From Eledone cirrhosa (Eukaryota): a stretch of DNA of 64,000 nucleotides. The stretch covers positions 108,686,001 through 108,750,000 of the forward strand of contig OZ024745.1 in the NCBI GenBank assembly GCA_964016885.1. The letters are read 5' to 3'. Made by a program: the position numbers and the translations under genes. The notes under the pieces were generated by a model. It saw only the letters and a program-made list of their open reading frames with translations. It searched no databases and had not been told where the DNA came from. Shown piece after piece: positions 13,561-28,248 of this stretch. Within the stretch, counting starts at the first letter, position 1. Each line of letters begins with the position of its first letter.

Positions 13561-13784
13561 CACTTACACCTCTCCAAGACAATGTCACTGGACCGAGATC
13601 TTTGGCGCTACACAGTCATACAGAAGACCCGCCTTGCCTAAGTACAAAGCGAAACCTACAGTCAGTAGGCACCTCTAACAAAATACCCTATCTCTCCCTT
13701 TATATAATATTACATATATAGATTATAAAGACATCCTGAAATCCCCAGCTAAAATTTAACCCTTTTGATAACCAAATGACTTAA

Positions 13785-14148
13785 CCCTTTACATTACATA
13801 TATTATTGTATGTTTGCGGTAAAAGCTTTATCACACATAATATTGAATCTAGAAGATTTTGCTCTTATTTATTTTGAGAACAATACCTTAACATCAGTAT
13901 GAGTGGCCGGTTACAGCCGGTTTGAACAGAAAGAGGTGAGAGAATTCTGGCCAGATATGGCCGGTTTAAATACTAAAGGGTTAAACCGGCTGCATCCAGC
14001 TAGAATTCTCTCACCTCTTTCTGTTCAAACTGGCTGTAAGCAGCTGGTCATACTAATTTTAAGGTATTGTTCTCGAAATAAATAATATCAAAATCTCATA
14101 GATTCGATATTATGATAGTAAATATAGAGTAATGTATATGCTAAAGGG
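13785..14148. mobile_element. Two adjacent piggyBac-like MITEs in opposite orientation, nested in a second TTAA-type MITE (~13760-14495)
   Basis: TTAA|CCCTTTACATT...TACTAAAGGG|TTAA (13785-13980) followed by a 5'-clipped inverted copy ending GCTAAAGGG|TTAA (14148). Confidence 0.7.
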
Positions 14149-16729
14149 TTAAACTGTTCCTGATTCTATGATACAAAGCTGTTTATTTTAACAAACTAAT
14201 ATTTATTTAAAGCCTTTTCATTATAAATTTATATAAGAATCTTTGTTAGGTTATGTTCCAAACACCAGGTTAATAATGAGAAAGTTATATTATATTAAAT
14301 CAGTTACGAGGTTAACTTTGCCTTACGGGGTCGATAAAATAAAGTACCAGTAATACACTGGGATAATTGTTGGCCTTGTGCCTAAAGTAGAAACAATTAT
14401 ATTAAATCTCTCAAACTTCTTAATTATTTTTAATTATTTGAAAATTGCAGGCATTAGAAATATGGCAATAAATTAGAAATATGGCAATAAATGGGTTGTA
14501 TTAAATACATTAATAGTTTCCTAAATAGTGGAATATGATGAATGAGGATATTCATAATGATTATTATTATTATGATAGAGCTGATGTGTGTGTTTGTTAT
14601 TGGTGTCACATGTGTTCAATAGTTTTTACCCTTGAACACATGTGACAATAATATAGCAACAGAAATCAATAACAGATATTGAACTGATATATAACATTGA
14701 TGTCCTCTACGAAAGCATTGTGACAGTTGATTATTGAACGAAATGACAAAGCAAGCATGGAGAAAGTTAATTAGTGAGAGTCACAGTCAAATAATCGATA
14801 AGGCAGTCGATTGAACAATAGGATAGCTGCCAAACTAACTAATTAATCTGCTCTCTTAAGCCACAAATGAAATAGCTAAAGTAGCCATCTTTTCACCCTT
14901 CACTTAGATCCAATGATCCCCCTTAACAATCAATCATTCAAATATGATCACACTAAAGATTAGATTCAGCAACTAGCTAACATCACAGTTAGCCAATCAA
15001 CCCATTAACCATCCAATTAGGTTATCTAATTAAACCATTATCCTTTCAATTAGGTCATCTAATTAAAGTATTAGACATTCAGTCAGGTCTTTTAATTAAT
15101 CTATTAGCCACTCATTGAGATAATCTAATTAATGTATTAACTGGACAATCTTGTGATTTAATTAAACCCTGAACCAGACAAATAGGTGGATTTATTAAGT
15201 TATTAGCCAGTCAGATAAATGAATTAAATTATTAGCCATCCAGTCTGACCATCATAAATTATTAGCCATCGAGTCTGGTCATCTAATTAAATTCATAACC
15301 ATCCAATTAAGTTATCTAATTAAGCTATCAACCAACGTAAAAAGTCATCTAAAAGCTATCTAAATAGTCTAAGCAAATAGTGATCTAAATAGTCATCCAA
15401 GCAACATATCTAATTAATTTATGACCCAAATAAATCATCTAATTAAGCTATTAGCAATCCAATGAAACCATCTAACTGAGCTATTAGTCATCCAATTAAG
15501 TCATCTAATTAATTGATTATTCAGCCATTTAGTTAACTAGCCACTATAGACAGTCAACAAATTAAGTGATTAGATTATACAATTAATAGGGTAAAGGGTA
15601 AAGACCCCCTTAGGTTATGAATGATCATGGGATTTGCACTTAGAAAGTTTCCCTCCAAGGCACAAGTCAGGGCAAGGTTGTTTGTGGAAGACCAGCAGTC
15701 ACCCATGTATACCAGCCTTCTCTCTCCACGTCACCACTGATGTCCGAGGAAAAGGCAAAGGCTGATGCTGTTGGCACCAGTGATGCCACAACTCATTTCT
15801 ACAGCTGAGTGAACTGAAGCAACATGAAATAAAGTGTCTTGCTCAAGAAGACAACATATAACTCGGTCTGAGAATCGAACTCACAACCTCACGATTGTAA
15901 GCCCGACATTCTAGCCACTAAGCCATGCACCTTCACAATTAATAACATACTAAACCATTAACTATTTAATTAACTCATTAAAATTAAATCATTATCCAGT
16001 TAATTAGCAATTTCATATTCTGTAACATTAATCAGCCAAAGAGCCAACCATTCCAAACTATTAACCATCCAAAAAAGTAATATATTGATTTATTGCTGGA
16101 TTTAGACTTAATGAGTCTTGAAGTCATATAAAGCTCGGAGGCCCCTTTTTAAAAAATTATGCCAGAAGGTCTCATGAAAAATTGAAAACGTACATGCTTT
16201 TTGATTATTTTGAGGACCCTGTGAATAGTGAAGCCCTAAGCTGGATAGATTATGTCTAAATCTGGCATTGCATTGATTATCCAGGCATCACTCACTCAAT
16301 ATAAAGCTGTGTATATCTAGATTAGAATATATACACTGGGCTTGTGTGTTGTAAAATCAACTAAAAAGAGTTGTTGCCAGGAAGGGCATTTACCCATAAA
16401 ACACTGCATCAAAAGAGACCTCATGATGAGTATGAAGTTTGTCATGGGGCCTGCAAAGCTAATCTCAGCTTTAGCATGGAAAATGCTCCTAAAATGCTTG
16501 TTGTTGTCATGTTGTTGTACCTGTATTATATAACAGTATATTTCTAATTTTTCTCTAAAAAGTACTATTGAAATTATCATCTCTTAGCAAAACATTCGAT
16601 GGATCCTTTACTTAAACTATGACTTCTCTTGAGAGTTATAACCTGAACATTATTGTAGCATTAAGATAACTATATACATATTATAAAATTCATCATCGAT
16701 ATCATTTTGTGTTCATCAATCTATATTTC

Positions 16730-17482
16730 AGAGTTACGTCCCTTTACGATCTGAGTTCAAATCCCGCCACGGTTGACTTTGCCTTTCATCCTTACGGGGG
16801 GGGGGGGTCGATAAAATAAAGTACCAGTAATGTACTGGGTATTTGCTGGCCTTGTGCCTAAAGTAGAAACAATTATTTCTAAGAGTTACGCCCCTTTATG
16901 ATCTGAGTTCAAATCCTGCTGAGGTTAACTTTGCCTTTCATCCTTACGGGGTCGATAAAATAAAGTACCAGTCAAGCACTGGGGTCGATTTAATTGACTT
17001 TCCCCTCCCCCAAAATTGCTGGCCTTGTGCCTATATAAGAAATCATTATTTCTAAGTAAGGGGGAAAATTGGCAGTATCGGTAGAGCATCAGATACCATG
17101 CTTTGCGGCATAGTTATGGCCCTTTATGTGCTGAGTTCAAATCCGCTGAGGTTAACTTTGCCTTTCATCCTTACGGAGTCGATAAAATAAAGTACCAGTA
17201 ATGCACTGGGGTAATTGCTGGCCTTGTGCCAAAAAAGTAGAAACAATTATTATAATATTATAAGGGCAGTGGCTTGGCAGAATTGGTAGAGCGTCGGACA
17301 CCATGCTTTGCAGTGTAGGGTAACAGTCCTTTATGGTCTGAGTTCAAATCCCACTGAGGTTAGCTTTGCCTTTCATCCTTACAGGATCGATAAAATAAAG
17401 CACCAGTAATGTACTGGGGTCAATTTAATCGACTTTCCCCTCTCCTGAAATTGTTGGCCTTGTGCTAAAATCAGAAACCATT
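16730..17482 (+). mobile_element. Head-to-tail cluster of four SINE family 1 copies
   Basis: Four consecutive GTTCAAATC...GTACCAG...GGCCTTGTGC units joined at ATTATT tails. Confidence 0.85.
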
Positions 17483-18010
17483 ATGTTTAAGTATGGTATG
17501 TATAACGTTTGTCAATCTACTTAGCATATTGTTTACAAGAGCCATAGACAAACATCATACCTTGACCTGTTACTTTTGTTTGCTTTAGATTGGTAAATAT
17601 AACGTGTACTATCAAATGAAAGTAGATGAGAAAATCAGTAGAGTATCAAACAGTTTTGTGGTATTTGATTATCTCCCTTTACAGTTTGAGCTTGCATCTC
17701 AATGTAAACATTGCTTTCATTTCTTCCTAAGTTAATTACAAATTCCAACAAACTACTAGGATTGATATAAGCAGCTAAAACCATTGCAGGTGGTACTCCA
17801 AGATGACCATAGTCCAATGATTGAAACTAACACAAGAATCAAAGAATAACAGAATATATATATACACACACACATACATACATACATATACATACAGGGT
17901 GCCCCAAAAATGTATACACACTTTATAAGATGTTGTTGAAGTGTGTATGACACCATTTATATATAGAGAGAGAGGGGGATGAGGGGGAAGGGGAGAGGTA
18001 GAGAGGAGAG

Positions 18011-18067
<57 letters not shown>

Positions 18068-18262
18068 GACGACGAATTGGCAGAGCTATTAGAATGTTGG
18101 ATAGAATGCTTTGCAGTACTTGATTCTGCTTTCTGAGGTCAACTTTGCTTTTCATCCATGCCAAAAAAATACCAGACAAGTACCGGAGTCGATACTGCCT
18201 CTACCTCTCTTTCTCACTTCCATTCTTTCACTCTCTATCTCTCCTTTTCTGGAAGAAATCTG

Positions 18263-18337
18263 CTGTATTCTGATGTAGAGAGGATTAGGCACGACCGGGT
18301 TTAGAAAATGTCCTAGAAACGCTGTATGTCAATACAG
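18263..18337 (+). ncRNA. Hammerhead ribozyme motif, variant core
   Basis: CTGTATT-CTGATGT...CCTA-GAA-ACGCTGTATGT-C^AATACAG; perfect 7-bp stem I, GUC site, but core reads CTGATGT (A9 altered). (TA)n starts ~45 nt downstream. Confidence 0.55.
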
Positions 18338-18562
18338 TGTCCCTATGACTCCCACGGGAGTTCCGGGGCCATGCATGCATGCATATATATATATATATAT
18401 ATATAAGGGTGTTCCAGAATCCCACATTTTACACAAAAGTGTTTTTTTCTTAACTCCCTATGCATTTTCTCATGCCATTTTGTATATTATCAATTTATAA
18501 TGTAATTTTGATTATTTCAGACTAATTTAAGCCTTGCCTAATAGTTGTAAATTGGCAGAATA

Positions 18563-21200
18563 ATGGCGGAAACCAGTGGGCCTAGTTGTAGCTACTCGCT
18601 CCGTTGTGATGATCGAGAAATATGGCTCCTGGGGCAATATGTTACATCCTCTTCACCAAACAAAATACCAACAAAGGGGGATGTTCTAAGATATTTCTTC
18701 TACCTGAAAGATGGCCCGATGAAACACGAAAAGCATGTGAGCTTCAATGGTGCTATTGCGGATAGGCTTGTGATGGAAGTAGTTAGTCAGTGGGAAAAAG
18801 CTGGTGTGGCGACTCAACGAAAAGACAAAGTGAAACTGAAAATTATGAACATGTACAGTGAATACAGACATTTACAAAAAAACAAAGGTTCTAAGTGAAA
18901 CAAAGAAAAGGAAGCACTATTTATTTCTGAATTGGATTCGTTTTTCTACATTGCACATACTGATGCTGAAAAGAAAATTTTGAAAGATTGTCTTCGTAAT
19001 AATGAACAGAAAATGGAAGATGCTGCATTTCTTGAAGCCCTGCGTTGCCAGAAAAAAGTATCTCTGGGTGCTGAAGACAAGGGTTACAAGAAAAAGGTAT
19101 CTTCAAAGTTTAAGCGTGATCAGGTTTCTGTGGCTCGTCGAGAGTCAGAGAACCATAGAAAATGTTTGTCAGGATCTGTAGCAGCACAACTTCCACGTAA
19201 TGAACTGAGTGATTCAAGTTCAACCAATGATGAAACTGAAGATGAACAGGATCCTGAATTTCAGGCCTCAAACCCACCCAGAGACAGCTCAAAGTCAGAC
19301 AAGAAACGAAGAATCCAGCTGGAACTCGCAAAGAATCCATTTCAAAGTCCAAAAATTTCTCCAATGGCTGATCGTTTAAACCTGACACTGAGCCAGAGAA
19401 CAGCATTTATGGCATCGATTATTTCTGAGGGTGGGACTGACATAGATGCCACAACTCTCTCCAAGAATAGTAGCAGACGTGCAGCTAAGAAGATCAGAAC
19501 TGTGGGGTTTGAACACATAAAGGAACAATTTGCTGTATCAGACTTTGTTACCTTGCATTGGGATGGCAAAGTAATTCCTGGTGACCACGAGAGGCTAGGT
19601 GTGCTAGTTGCTGGAACTCCGGACTTCAGAGAAGGTAAACTCCTCGGTGTTCCCATAATTCCTGATGGCACTGGAACCACCCAAGCCAAAGCATCATTTG
19701 ATCTTGTTAAGGATTGGAATGTTGATGGGTCTGTGGTGGGCTTGGTCTTCGACATAACTGCTTCGTATTCTGGATGGAAAAATGGTGCCTGCGTAAAACT
19801 AGAAGAGATGCTCAACAAAATGGTGTTTTATTTTGCTTGTCGGCACCATGTCATGGAGCGTATCTTGTGTGCAGTGTGGCAACAACTATTCGGAGCAATG
19901 TCCAGTCCAGACATCCCAGAGTTCAAGGAGTTCAAAAAAGATTGGGTGTCACTCACAGACAAGACCAACTTTAAAACATTGAACATTGTCGACCAGAGAC
20001 TCAAGCGTCTGTGTTCTGAGAACATCAAGTTCATCCAACATTTGGTGACATCCAACGATGGGAAAATGAGTTCTCTTCCACGGGACGACTACCGAGAATG
20101 TGCCAAGTTGATGTTGATCTTGCTTGGTGTCACTCCTCCTCGTGGAATTCATTGGATGCTGCCTGGTGCACATCATAACGCTTGGTGGATGTTCGCAATC
20201 ATCTATAGTGCAAAGATGTATGCATTTGGTGAGCGACTCAATTACAAACAAGCTAAATTGGAAAAGTTGCACCGGATCTGTTTGTTCAATGCTCTGTTCT
20301 ACATGCGATACTGGCTGACAGCAGTCACATGTGCTGATGCGCCATCCAATGAATTCTACGTGGAGTTGACACAGTACAGTAAGGTTGACAGAGATCTCTC
20401 ACAGGCAGCCACTACTGCTCTGAGCAGGCATCTTTGGTACCTGACGGAGGAAGCCATTCCGCTAGCGCTGTTTTCAAGTCGGGTCCAAGAGTCCGAGAAG
20501 AAACAAATATCCCAACGTCTTGTCAAAACGAAAACGTCTGGGCCTCTCGACCGTAGTACTCCAGTATTTCCTGAGTTGAAGTTGTCCACGAAGCTGCCTC
20601 ATCTAGTTGGGAAGAAATCAAGGCACATGGCTTAGTGGTTAGAGCATTGGCCTTGCAATCGAAAGGTTGTGAGTTCAATTCTCAGAACGGGTGGTGTAGT
20701 GTTTCCTTGAGCAAGATACTTTATTTCACATTGCTCCATTTTACTCAGCTGTAGAAATGAGATGATAGGGACTGGGGTCCCTATCATTCCACTGCAAAGT
20801 GGTCGTGGAGGTGCCACGGCAAAAAAGCACCCAGCACTCACTGTAAATGGGGTTGGTGTTAGGAAGGGCATCCAGCTGTAGAAATCAAGCCAGAATCAGT
20901 TCCCGTCTCACCCTTGCAAGCAGGGAAAAAGCGGACATAAAATGAAAATGAATGTTCGATCTCCTTGGTCTCGACGATTCTTGGCTTGAGCTATCACCCG
21001 CAATTTGGTCATCACAAACGCCATATCAAAATTTCTGTGCTGATGTTCACAATATCAAGGTAGTCAACGATCTGGCTAAGAGAGCAGTCAAGTTGATAAC
21101 TGATTTTGTTGCCATCACAAAGAATGAGGAGAAGCAGTGTGTTTTTCAAGTAGTCGAAGCTTATCGTCGCAAGGTCCCGGATTTCAAAAAAAAACTCTGA
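18563..21200 (+). pseudogene. DDE transposase split by a stop (18896-18898) and a SINE insertion (20621-20951)
   Basis: Motifs LHWDGK, GLVFDITAS, FACRHH (CxxH), PGAHHNAWWM, RHLWYL, KVVNDLAKRAVK across ORFs 18563..18898, 18932..20635, 20952..21200. Confidence 0.85.
20621..20951 (+). mobile_element. SINE family 2 inserted in transposase
   Basis: Near-identical to 23069-23405; interrupts LVGKKS / MFDLLG. Confidence 0.9.
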
Positions 21201-21531
21201 AAAAAATATGACTGGAGTTAACTTAACTGAACTTGTTTCTTCCTTGTACATTCTTCCTTGTATATTCAAAGCTGGTTTACTAAATATAATGGATTAATAA
21301 AATAAACAATTATTGTATGGTCATATTTGGTTTCACATTTTCATGATTTCATGCAACATAATCACACTTACCACTATAATCACCATGATATAGGCAAGGC
21401 TCAAAATAATTTATTTTATACAAAATATATTTTATTTTACCAATTGGGGCATTTCTAATGGGAAAATACACAGGGAGCGTTAATATTGTGACCTTGCTTT
21501 TTATGGCACACTCTAATATATATATATATAT

Positions 21532-21610
21532 AACCCACTCTACTACCCTAAGTATTGAGTACTCTGGTGCGTTATGGTCCATCTAGTTCCTTACCACAAC
21601 TCCTTCGTTA
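21532..21610 (+). mobile_element. Family A tail fragment
   Basis: ACCCACTCTACTACCCTAAGTATTGAGTACTCTGGTGCG...TTCGTTATA between TA tracts. Confidence 0.8.
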
Positions 21611-21706
21611 TATATATATTATATATATATATATAATATTATAACTCCGGAACTTATATCTTCGTTGAGTGAAGTACTAGATTTTACCAACACTTACTTT
21701 CTTGCT

Positions 21707-21761
<55 letters not shown>

Positions 21762-21987
21762 TAGTAGAAATAGAAGCTGTTGCTGTATTTTTTACTAAAG
21801 AAATTTAACCAGATAGTGGGGTTTAAAATCCCCTAAAAATGAAAACCCTGTTCCATTTTTCAGAGGGTTAAATTACTTTAGTCAAAAATACAGGGAAAGG
21901 TATTTCTAGTAAAATTTCAAAACAAACTTACACACACACATATATATATATATTATATGTATATATATATACACACATATCATACAC

Positions 21988-22048
<61 letters not shown>

Positions 22049-25000
22049 AATATATGTAGGTAAATATTTATGTCTAAGCTTTATTTGTCTCTCTACTTGA
22101 ATTTAAACTCAGTCATTTCTTGATCGATTAATGCTGTCATAAATGCCACTGTGATTGTTACAATGCCTTGGTTGTGATTGGATTAATATCACTTTAGAAT
22201 ACAATTCTCAAACAATGAGAGAGAGAAAGAGGGGGGGAGGGAGAACATAGAAAGTAAGGAAGATATTATACTAGGATTTTAATTCCTTGTTTGTATGAAA
22301 AGACAGTCTATTGCCAATAACTAAGAATGTGAAAAATTAAAAGTTAATGCAGTCATGTAGACCAGGCATGACAAACTGAGGGTCCCCCAAGGTCCACATG
22401 GTTCACATATGTGTTGTCTAAGGGCCACACACGACAACAAATTTTACAAAGATAAACATGTTCACACTGTAAAAACCTCTGTGCGGCCCTCAGGTGACCC
22501 GCATCCGCATGTTTAACATGCCTGATGTATATATTTATGTATTTATGTATATATGTACAAATGCACAAACACATATGCATCATCATCATCATTTCATTTT
22601 ACGTCCACTTATCCCTGCTTGCAAGGGTGGGATGGGAACTCATTCTGGCTTGATTTCTACAGCTGGATGCCCTTCCTAACACCAACCTCATTTACAGTGA
22701 GTACTGGGTGCTTTTTTGCCGTGGCACCTCCACGACCACTTTGCAGTGGAATGATAGGGACCCCAGTCCCTATCATCTCATTTCTACAGCTGAGTAAACT
22801 GGAGCAATGTGAAATAAAGTGTCTTGCTCAAGGAAACAACACAACACCCGGTCTGAGAATTGAACTCACAACCTTTCGATTGCAAGGCCAATGCTCTAAC
22901 CACTAAGCCATGTGCCCCCATATATATATATATAATCATATTTTGTGAGGGTTATTCTGCAAATGATAAAAAGCATTAAGTTAAGTTCATTTCTTTAATA
23001 TTAATTCATGTATTACTATATATACATGTGTATACAAATGCTTATATACAATATATATATATAATAGATGGAGACACATGCCTTAGTGGTTAGAGCATTG
23101 GCCTTGCAATTGAAAGGTTGTGAGTTCAATTTTCAGACCGGGTGATGTGTTGTTTCCTTGAGCAAGACACTTTATTTCACATTGCTCCAGTTTACTCAGC
23201 TGTAGAAATGAGATGATAGGGACTGGGGTCCATATCATTCCACTGCAAAGTGGTCGTGGAGGTGCCACGGCAAAAAAAAGCACCCAGCACTCACTGTAAA
23301 TGAGGTTGGTGTTAGGAAGGGAATCCAGCTGTAGAAATCAAGCCAGAATCAGTTCCTGTCCCACCCTTGCAAGCAGGGAAACGCAGACGTAAAATGAAAT
23401 GAAATGAATGAATGAAATACATGGCAAACTGGCACATACCTTTCTATGTATTCTAAGTTTCCTGAAGCAATTTGATCCAACTTCATTCGTTGTCAGAGTC
23501 CCTAGGAAGCTATATACCAGTTTGCAATGTATTTTGTACAATATATATATATATATATAGAGAGAGAGGGGGGGGGGTGCTATTTTATCATAGTTTTTTC
23601 ACCATCCCTTTCCTTTCTTTTACACACACATATATTCACACAAACACACACACACATTGTGTGACGAACTTATACATAGATGACAAAAAATTTCCCATAG
23701 AACACCAGACATTTTCACCAATATGCCAGACAAAACACTTTGTTGGGCCTTTCAAGGAACCATTTTCAACATTTGGGAGGACCAGATTGGTTGTTCATCC
23801 AAAAGAGTGACCTCCCTCTTTTCTCTCTGACCAGCAAGGTCATACAAATGGAAATATAAATGCACTTGGCCATGGGTTGTCTTAGAAACAAGGCCGTTTG
23901 CACAGTGATTTCTAGTCACTAAATATAGATTTAGTAACCTTAAATGGGACCAATATTCCCAGGAGTAACAGATACACACACTATAAAACGCACAATAATC
24001 AGTAAATTACATTTGTGAATGTAAACATTGATGGCCTTGTTGGATAAATTACACAGAATCTCTGATCTAACCCCAACAGAGAAACCAGGAACAACAACAA
24101 TAACAACAAACAAACAGATCAAAGCTTATCTATCTGCAATATAATATTGAGATATTTTGCTCTCATTTTTTTTTAATGTATTTATTTTTAACTTATCAAA
24201 AGATCTTTTCTAGGGGAGAGAAAAGGAGGTATATGTGATTAAATCAACACTGCTTACATTAGTGATGCTTATTTTAGAGACCACCATCACCGCGCTCCTG
24301 CCACCACCATCGCCACTACTACTTGCAGAGAGATATAAAAGACACAGCTCAACCCAGTGGGGTTTAAATTCAAAGAAACTTGAGAATGCCAATCTAAAAT
24401 TTCTATTTTTGTTGGGGTTTTTTCTCATTTATTTATTTTCTATTTTTGTCACTATTAGTTAGAGCACCGGGCTTACAATCATGAGGTTGTGAGTTTGATT
24501 CTCGGACAGGGCTTTGATTGTGTCCTTGAGCAAGACACTTTATTTCACATTGCTCCAGTTTACTCAGCTGTAGAAATGAGTTGCAACCTAACTGGTGCCA
24601 AGCTGTATTGGCCATAGCCTTTCCCTTGGACAACATCGGTGGTGTGGTGGAGAGGGGAGACTGGTGGTCGTCCATAAACAACCTTGCCCAGACTTGTGCT
24701 TCAGAGAGGAACTTTCTTGGTGCAAATCCCTTAGTCATTTGTAACTAAAGGGGGGTCTTTATGTCACTATTCTCCCCCTCTCCGACACATGCAGTGTCGA
24801 TATACATATGTGCGGATTTGTGTTTATGGTCTAAAAACAGTGTAGTTTATGTTGGAGCTTCTGTATGTCTTGCAACTTAGTTGTTCAACAAATAAAGATT
24901 GACAAAATAGCAAGCTAACTGAAACAAGCACTGGGATCAATACAATTGACTAATCCCTGGAAAGTGATGCCCCAAAATAGCAGCAGTCTAATGACTATTA

Positions 25001-25579
25001 GAATCCGCTCCTGTTTAACATCTATCTATCACACAGGATACCTGTTAATACTTTAACAGTCTGTTACATACACACTGTTAAATTTTTATTCTATCAAACA
25101 TTGTGTTAGATCTATATTCTATACATCACATATGACCCTGTGTAATTTATATTCTCTCTAAATAACTGTCATGCCTCCATCAAATTTCACACTCTTCTGT
25201 CTTAAAATTCCAAGGATTTAGGAAGAAAGAAAAACAAACAAAAAGGGTAGAACAATCATGACTGTAGAGGCATGTGGCCTAGTGGTAAGGGTGTTAGATT
25301 TAGGATCAGAATGTCATGAGATCAATTCCTGAATTGGGTAGTGTTCTTGAGCAAAACAGTACATTTCACATTGCTCCAGTATACTCAGCAGAAAATCAGT
25401 ACCAGCAATAGCTGGGGACTTAATCCAGCAATGGACTGGCATCCCATCCAGAGGATAGTCTTGTACTTTCAGTCACTTCATGGCACGAAAACTGGGATGA
25501 GCCCTGACCTGATGAGTCTCTGGGCTTGAGATAGACTTCTTTTAGAGCCTTTGATGTTAGGTTAGTGCATTCAAATTAA

Positions 25580-25798
25580 CCCTTTAGCGTTCACATTACT
25601 CTATATATACTATTATATTTTCATGGTAAAGGCTTTACCTCACATAATATCTCTCATAATATCGAATCTATGAGATTTTGAAAGTATTTATTTTGAGAAC
25701 AATACCTTAACATCAGTTTGAGTGACCAGTTACAGCCAGTTTCAACAGAAAAAGGTAGAGAATTCTGACCGGTTTTGGCCGGTTTGAACATTAAAGGG
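25580..25798. mobile_element. piggyBac-like MITE
   Basis: TTAA|CCCTTTAGCGTTCA ... TGAACATTAAAGGG|TTAA. Confidence 0.85.
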
Positions 25799-26166
25799 TT
25801 AAAGAGAAAAGATCACATTTTATTTAAAGAGTAATTTATTTGAACCAGTGGAAATATCTATAAAACTATTTTTTTAATATGCAACTGAAAACATTTAAAT
25901 TCTGGTTTAAACTTTTTTCCGAAACCAAAAGTGTGATTTTATTTCCAATCACTATATTCAGGTGATCTCATCTGAGAAATTGATAGGAATATTATAAAGG
26001 TAGTTGTTAATCTTAAATTTATTTTTTGTTGTTGTTTACTGATATTAAACTAAATAATAGGTATGCAATATATACCATTTATCACAACCACCCAGTGGCA
26101 GATTAAAGGGATGGGGGCTGACTAGGCCCTACAATATTTAAAGGACCAAAAATTATTATCATTATT

Positions 26167-26960
26167 GGATTGGCAGTATCAGTAGAGTGTCAGATACCAT
26201 GCTTTGCAGCATAGAGTTACGCCCCTTTAGGTCTGAGTTCAAATCCTGCCAAGGTTAACTTTGCCTTTCGTCCTTAAGAGGATGATAAAATAAAGTACCA
26301 GTAATGCAGTGGGGTAATTGCTGGCCTTGTGCCAAAAGTAGAAATATTCATTGGCAGTATCAGTAGAGAGTCGGACGCCATGCTTTGCAGCAAAGAGTTA
26401 CGGCCCTTTATGATCTGAGTTCAAATCCCGCCGAGGTAAACTTTGCCTTTCATCCTTACGGGGTCGATAAAATAAAGTACCAGTGATACCCTAGGATAAT
26501 TGCAGGCCTTGTGCCAAAAGTAGAAACAATTATTAGGCAGACAAGGCAGTATCAAAAGTGTGTTGGACAACATGCTTTGCAGCATGTAGTTATGGCCCTT
26601 TACATTCTGATTTCAATTCCTGCCAAGTTTACCTTTGCCTTTCATTATGAGAGGGGGAGGGGCATAAAATAAAGTACCAGTAACATACTGTGAACAATTT
26701 AATCGACTTTGCTCTTCCTTCAAGTTGCTGGCCTTCTGCCAAATGTAGAAACAATTATTAGGCAGAATCGGTGGAGCGCCGGACAACATGCCTTGCAGTA
26801 TACTGTTACATTCCAAGTTAAAATCATATTGAGGTTATCTTTGCCTTTCATTCTTACAAAGTTGATGAAATAAAGTACCAGTAATGCACTGGGATCAATT
26901 TAATTGACTGTTTCACATTCCTTTCAAGTGGTGTCTTTGTGCTAAAAGAAGAAATAATTA
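26167..26960 (+). mobile_element. Head-to-tail cluster of four SINE family 1 copies
   Basis: Four consecutive GGCAG..ATC..GTACCAG..GAAA(C)AATTATT units of differing divergence. Confidence 0.85.
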
Positions 26961-27152
26961 TTATGCTACTATAAGTCTTACACATATTCAATTAGGGACT
27001 CCATGCAAGATGAATCTTGTCCTGCCACCACCTACCTATATATGCAAGGTGTATCAGAAAAATGTATACACCATTCTAATAAATATTGGCTGTACAGGTA
27101 GTCAAAGTGTGTATACATTTTTGGGGAACACACTGTATGTATTATATATATA

Positions 27153-27580
27153 TATCATCATCATCATCAGGTCGAGCTTGCTCGGCTTTCTACGACACAC
27201 TTCCATCCATCTCTGTCTCTCATAGCGTTTGCCAGTTCTTTCGCAGTGCATCCAGTATCGTCCTCAAGTTGCTTGACGTATGTCTTCTTGGGACGACCAG
27301 CGTTTCTTGCTCCATTAGATGGACTCCATAACAACACATCACCTGCTATTTCTTCCTTGCTGCGCCAACAGTGGCCAGCAAATTTGAGTCTCTGTCCACG
27401 TATTGATCTGCTGATAGGTGGTATATTGCCATAAAGATCCTTATTTGTTGGGTGTTCCCTCCAAGACATGTTTAAAACAGTGCGGAGCATATGTGTGTAT
27501 GCCCCGTCTAGCTTTTTCTCCAGTTTTGACGTTAGCGTCCAAGTGATAGAGCCATAAACAAGCACAGACTCCACAGCAGC
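27153..27580 (-). pseudogene. LINE ORF2 3' end (RTE/RTE-X-like) with (TGA)n tail
   Basis: ESVLVYGSITWTLT..RLKFAGHCWRS..GRPKKTYVKQL..MRDRDGWK then stop running into a TGA repeat. Confidence 0.85.
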
Positions 27581-27603
27581 TCTCTCTCTCTATATATATA
27601 TAT

Positions 27604-27803
27604 ATAGGAAAATGTTTAACCCCGATGGCAGAGCTCAACCCGTTTCGACAGCTATATCTGGACCGAGTCCAGAAATAGCCGTTGAAACAGCTTGAGCTCT
27701 GCCGTCGGGGTTAAACATGTTCCTATTACCCACTCTACTACCCTAAGTATTGAGTACTCTGGTGCGTTATGGTCCATCTGGTTACTTACCACATCCTTCA
27801 TTA
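27604..27803 (+). mobile_element. Family A fold-back mini-element
   Basis: ~60-bp arms around CTGGAC-CGA-GTCCAG (27658-27672), then conserved tail; TA tracts both sides. Confidence 0.85.
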
Positions 27804-28248
27804 TATATATATATATTATAATATTCACAGGTGTTGCAGATCTGCAGACAACTCAGATGTTGGGAGGAGATAGCTACCACTACTACTATAATAACCACTG
27901 CCTGGGAGGGGGGGGAACCAGGCTACTAGATCATTTTGTTACTACAACAATGACTTGATACTCTAAACAGCCAGTGATAGTGATGTGAGACAGGGACTGA
28001 CCAGCACTTCCACCATAGTCCTAGGGGGTCATACAGGCGCTGGCCAGCAGCAAAGAAACAACATCCACACATTCGGCCGTCCCCCATATCAAGAACAGAA
28101 AAAAAATAATTTTTAAGGAAGTTTTAAAATTTTTTTTAAGTTTAATATTTTTTTAAAGTTTAATATTTTTTTAAAGTTTAATTTTTTTGTTTTTTTTGTT
28201 TTGAAGTTTCAATGTTTTCAAGAGCTCAGGCTGTCATAACTGATAGTC

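Larger units (their letters stand above)
18404..21516 (+). mobile_element. hAT-superfamily (hATm-like) DNA transposon, near full length
   Basis: Imperfect TIRs TAAGGGTGTTCCAGAA / TTATGGCACACTCTAA embedded in (TA)n; encloses transposase ORFs. Subfamily assignment is from memory of termini and motifs. Confidence 0.75.

Noticed and set aside
17635-17760. Possible small minus-strand exon (GRNESNVYIEMQAQ...)
   Set aside because: No recognisable homology or partner exons.
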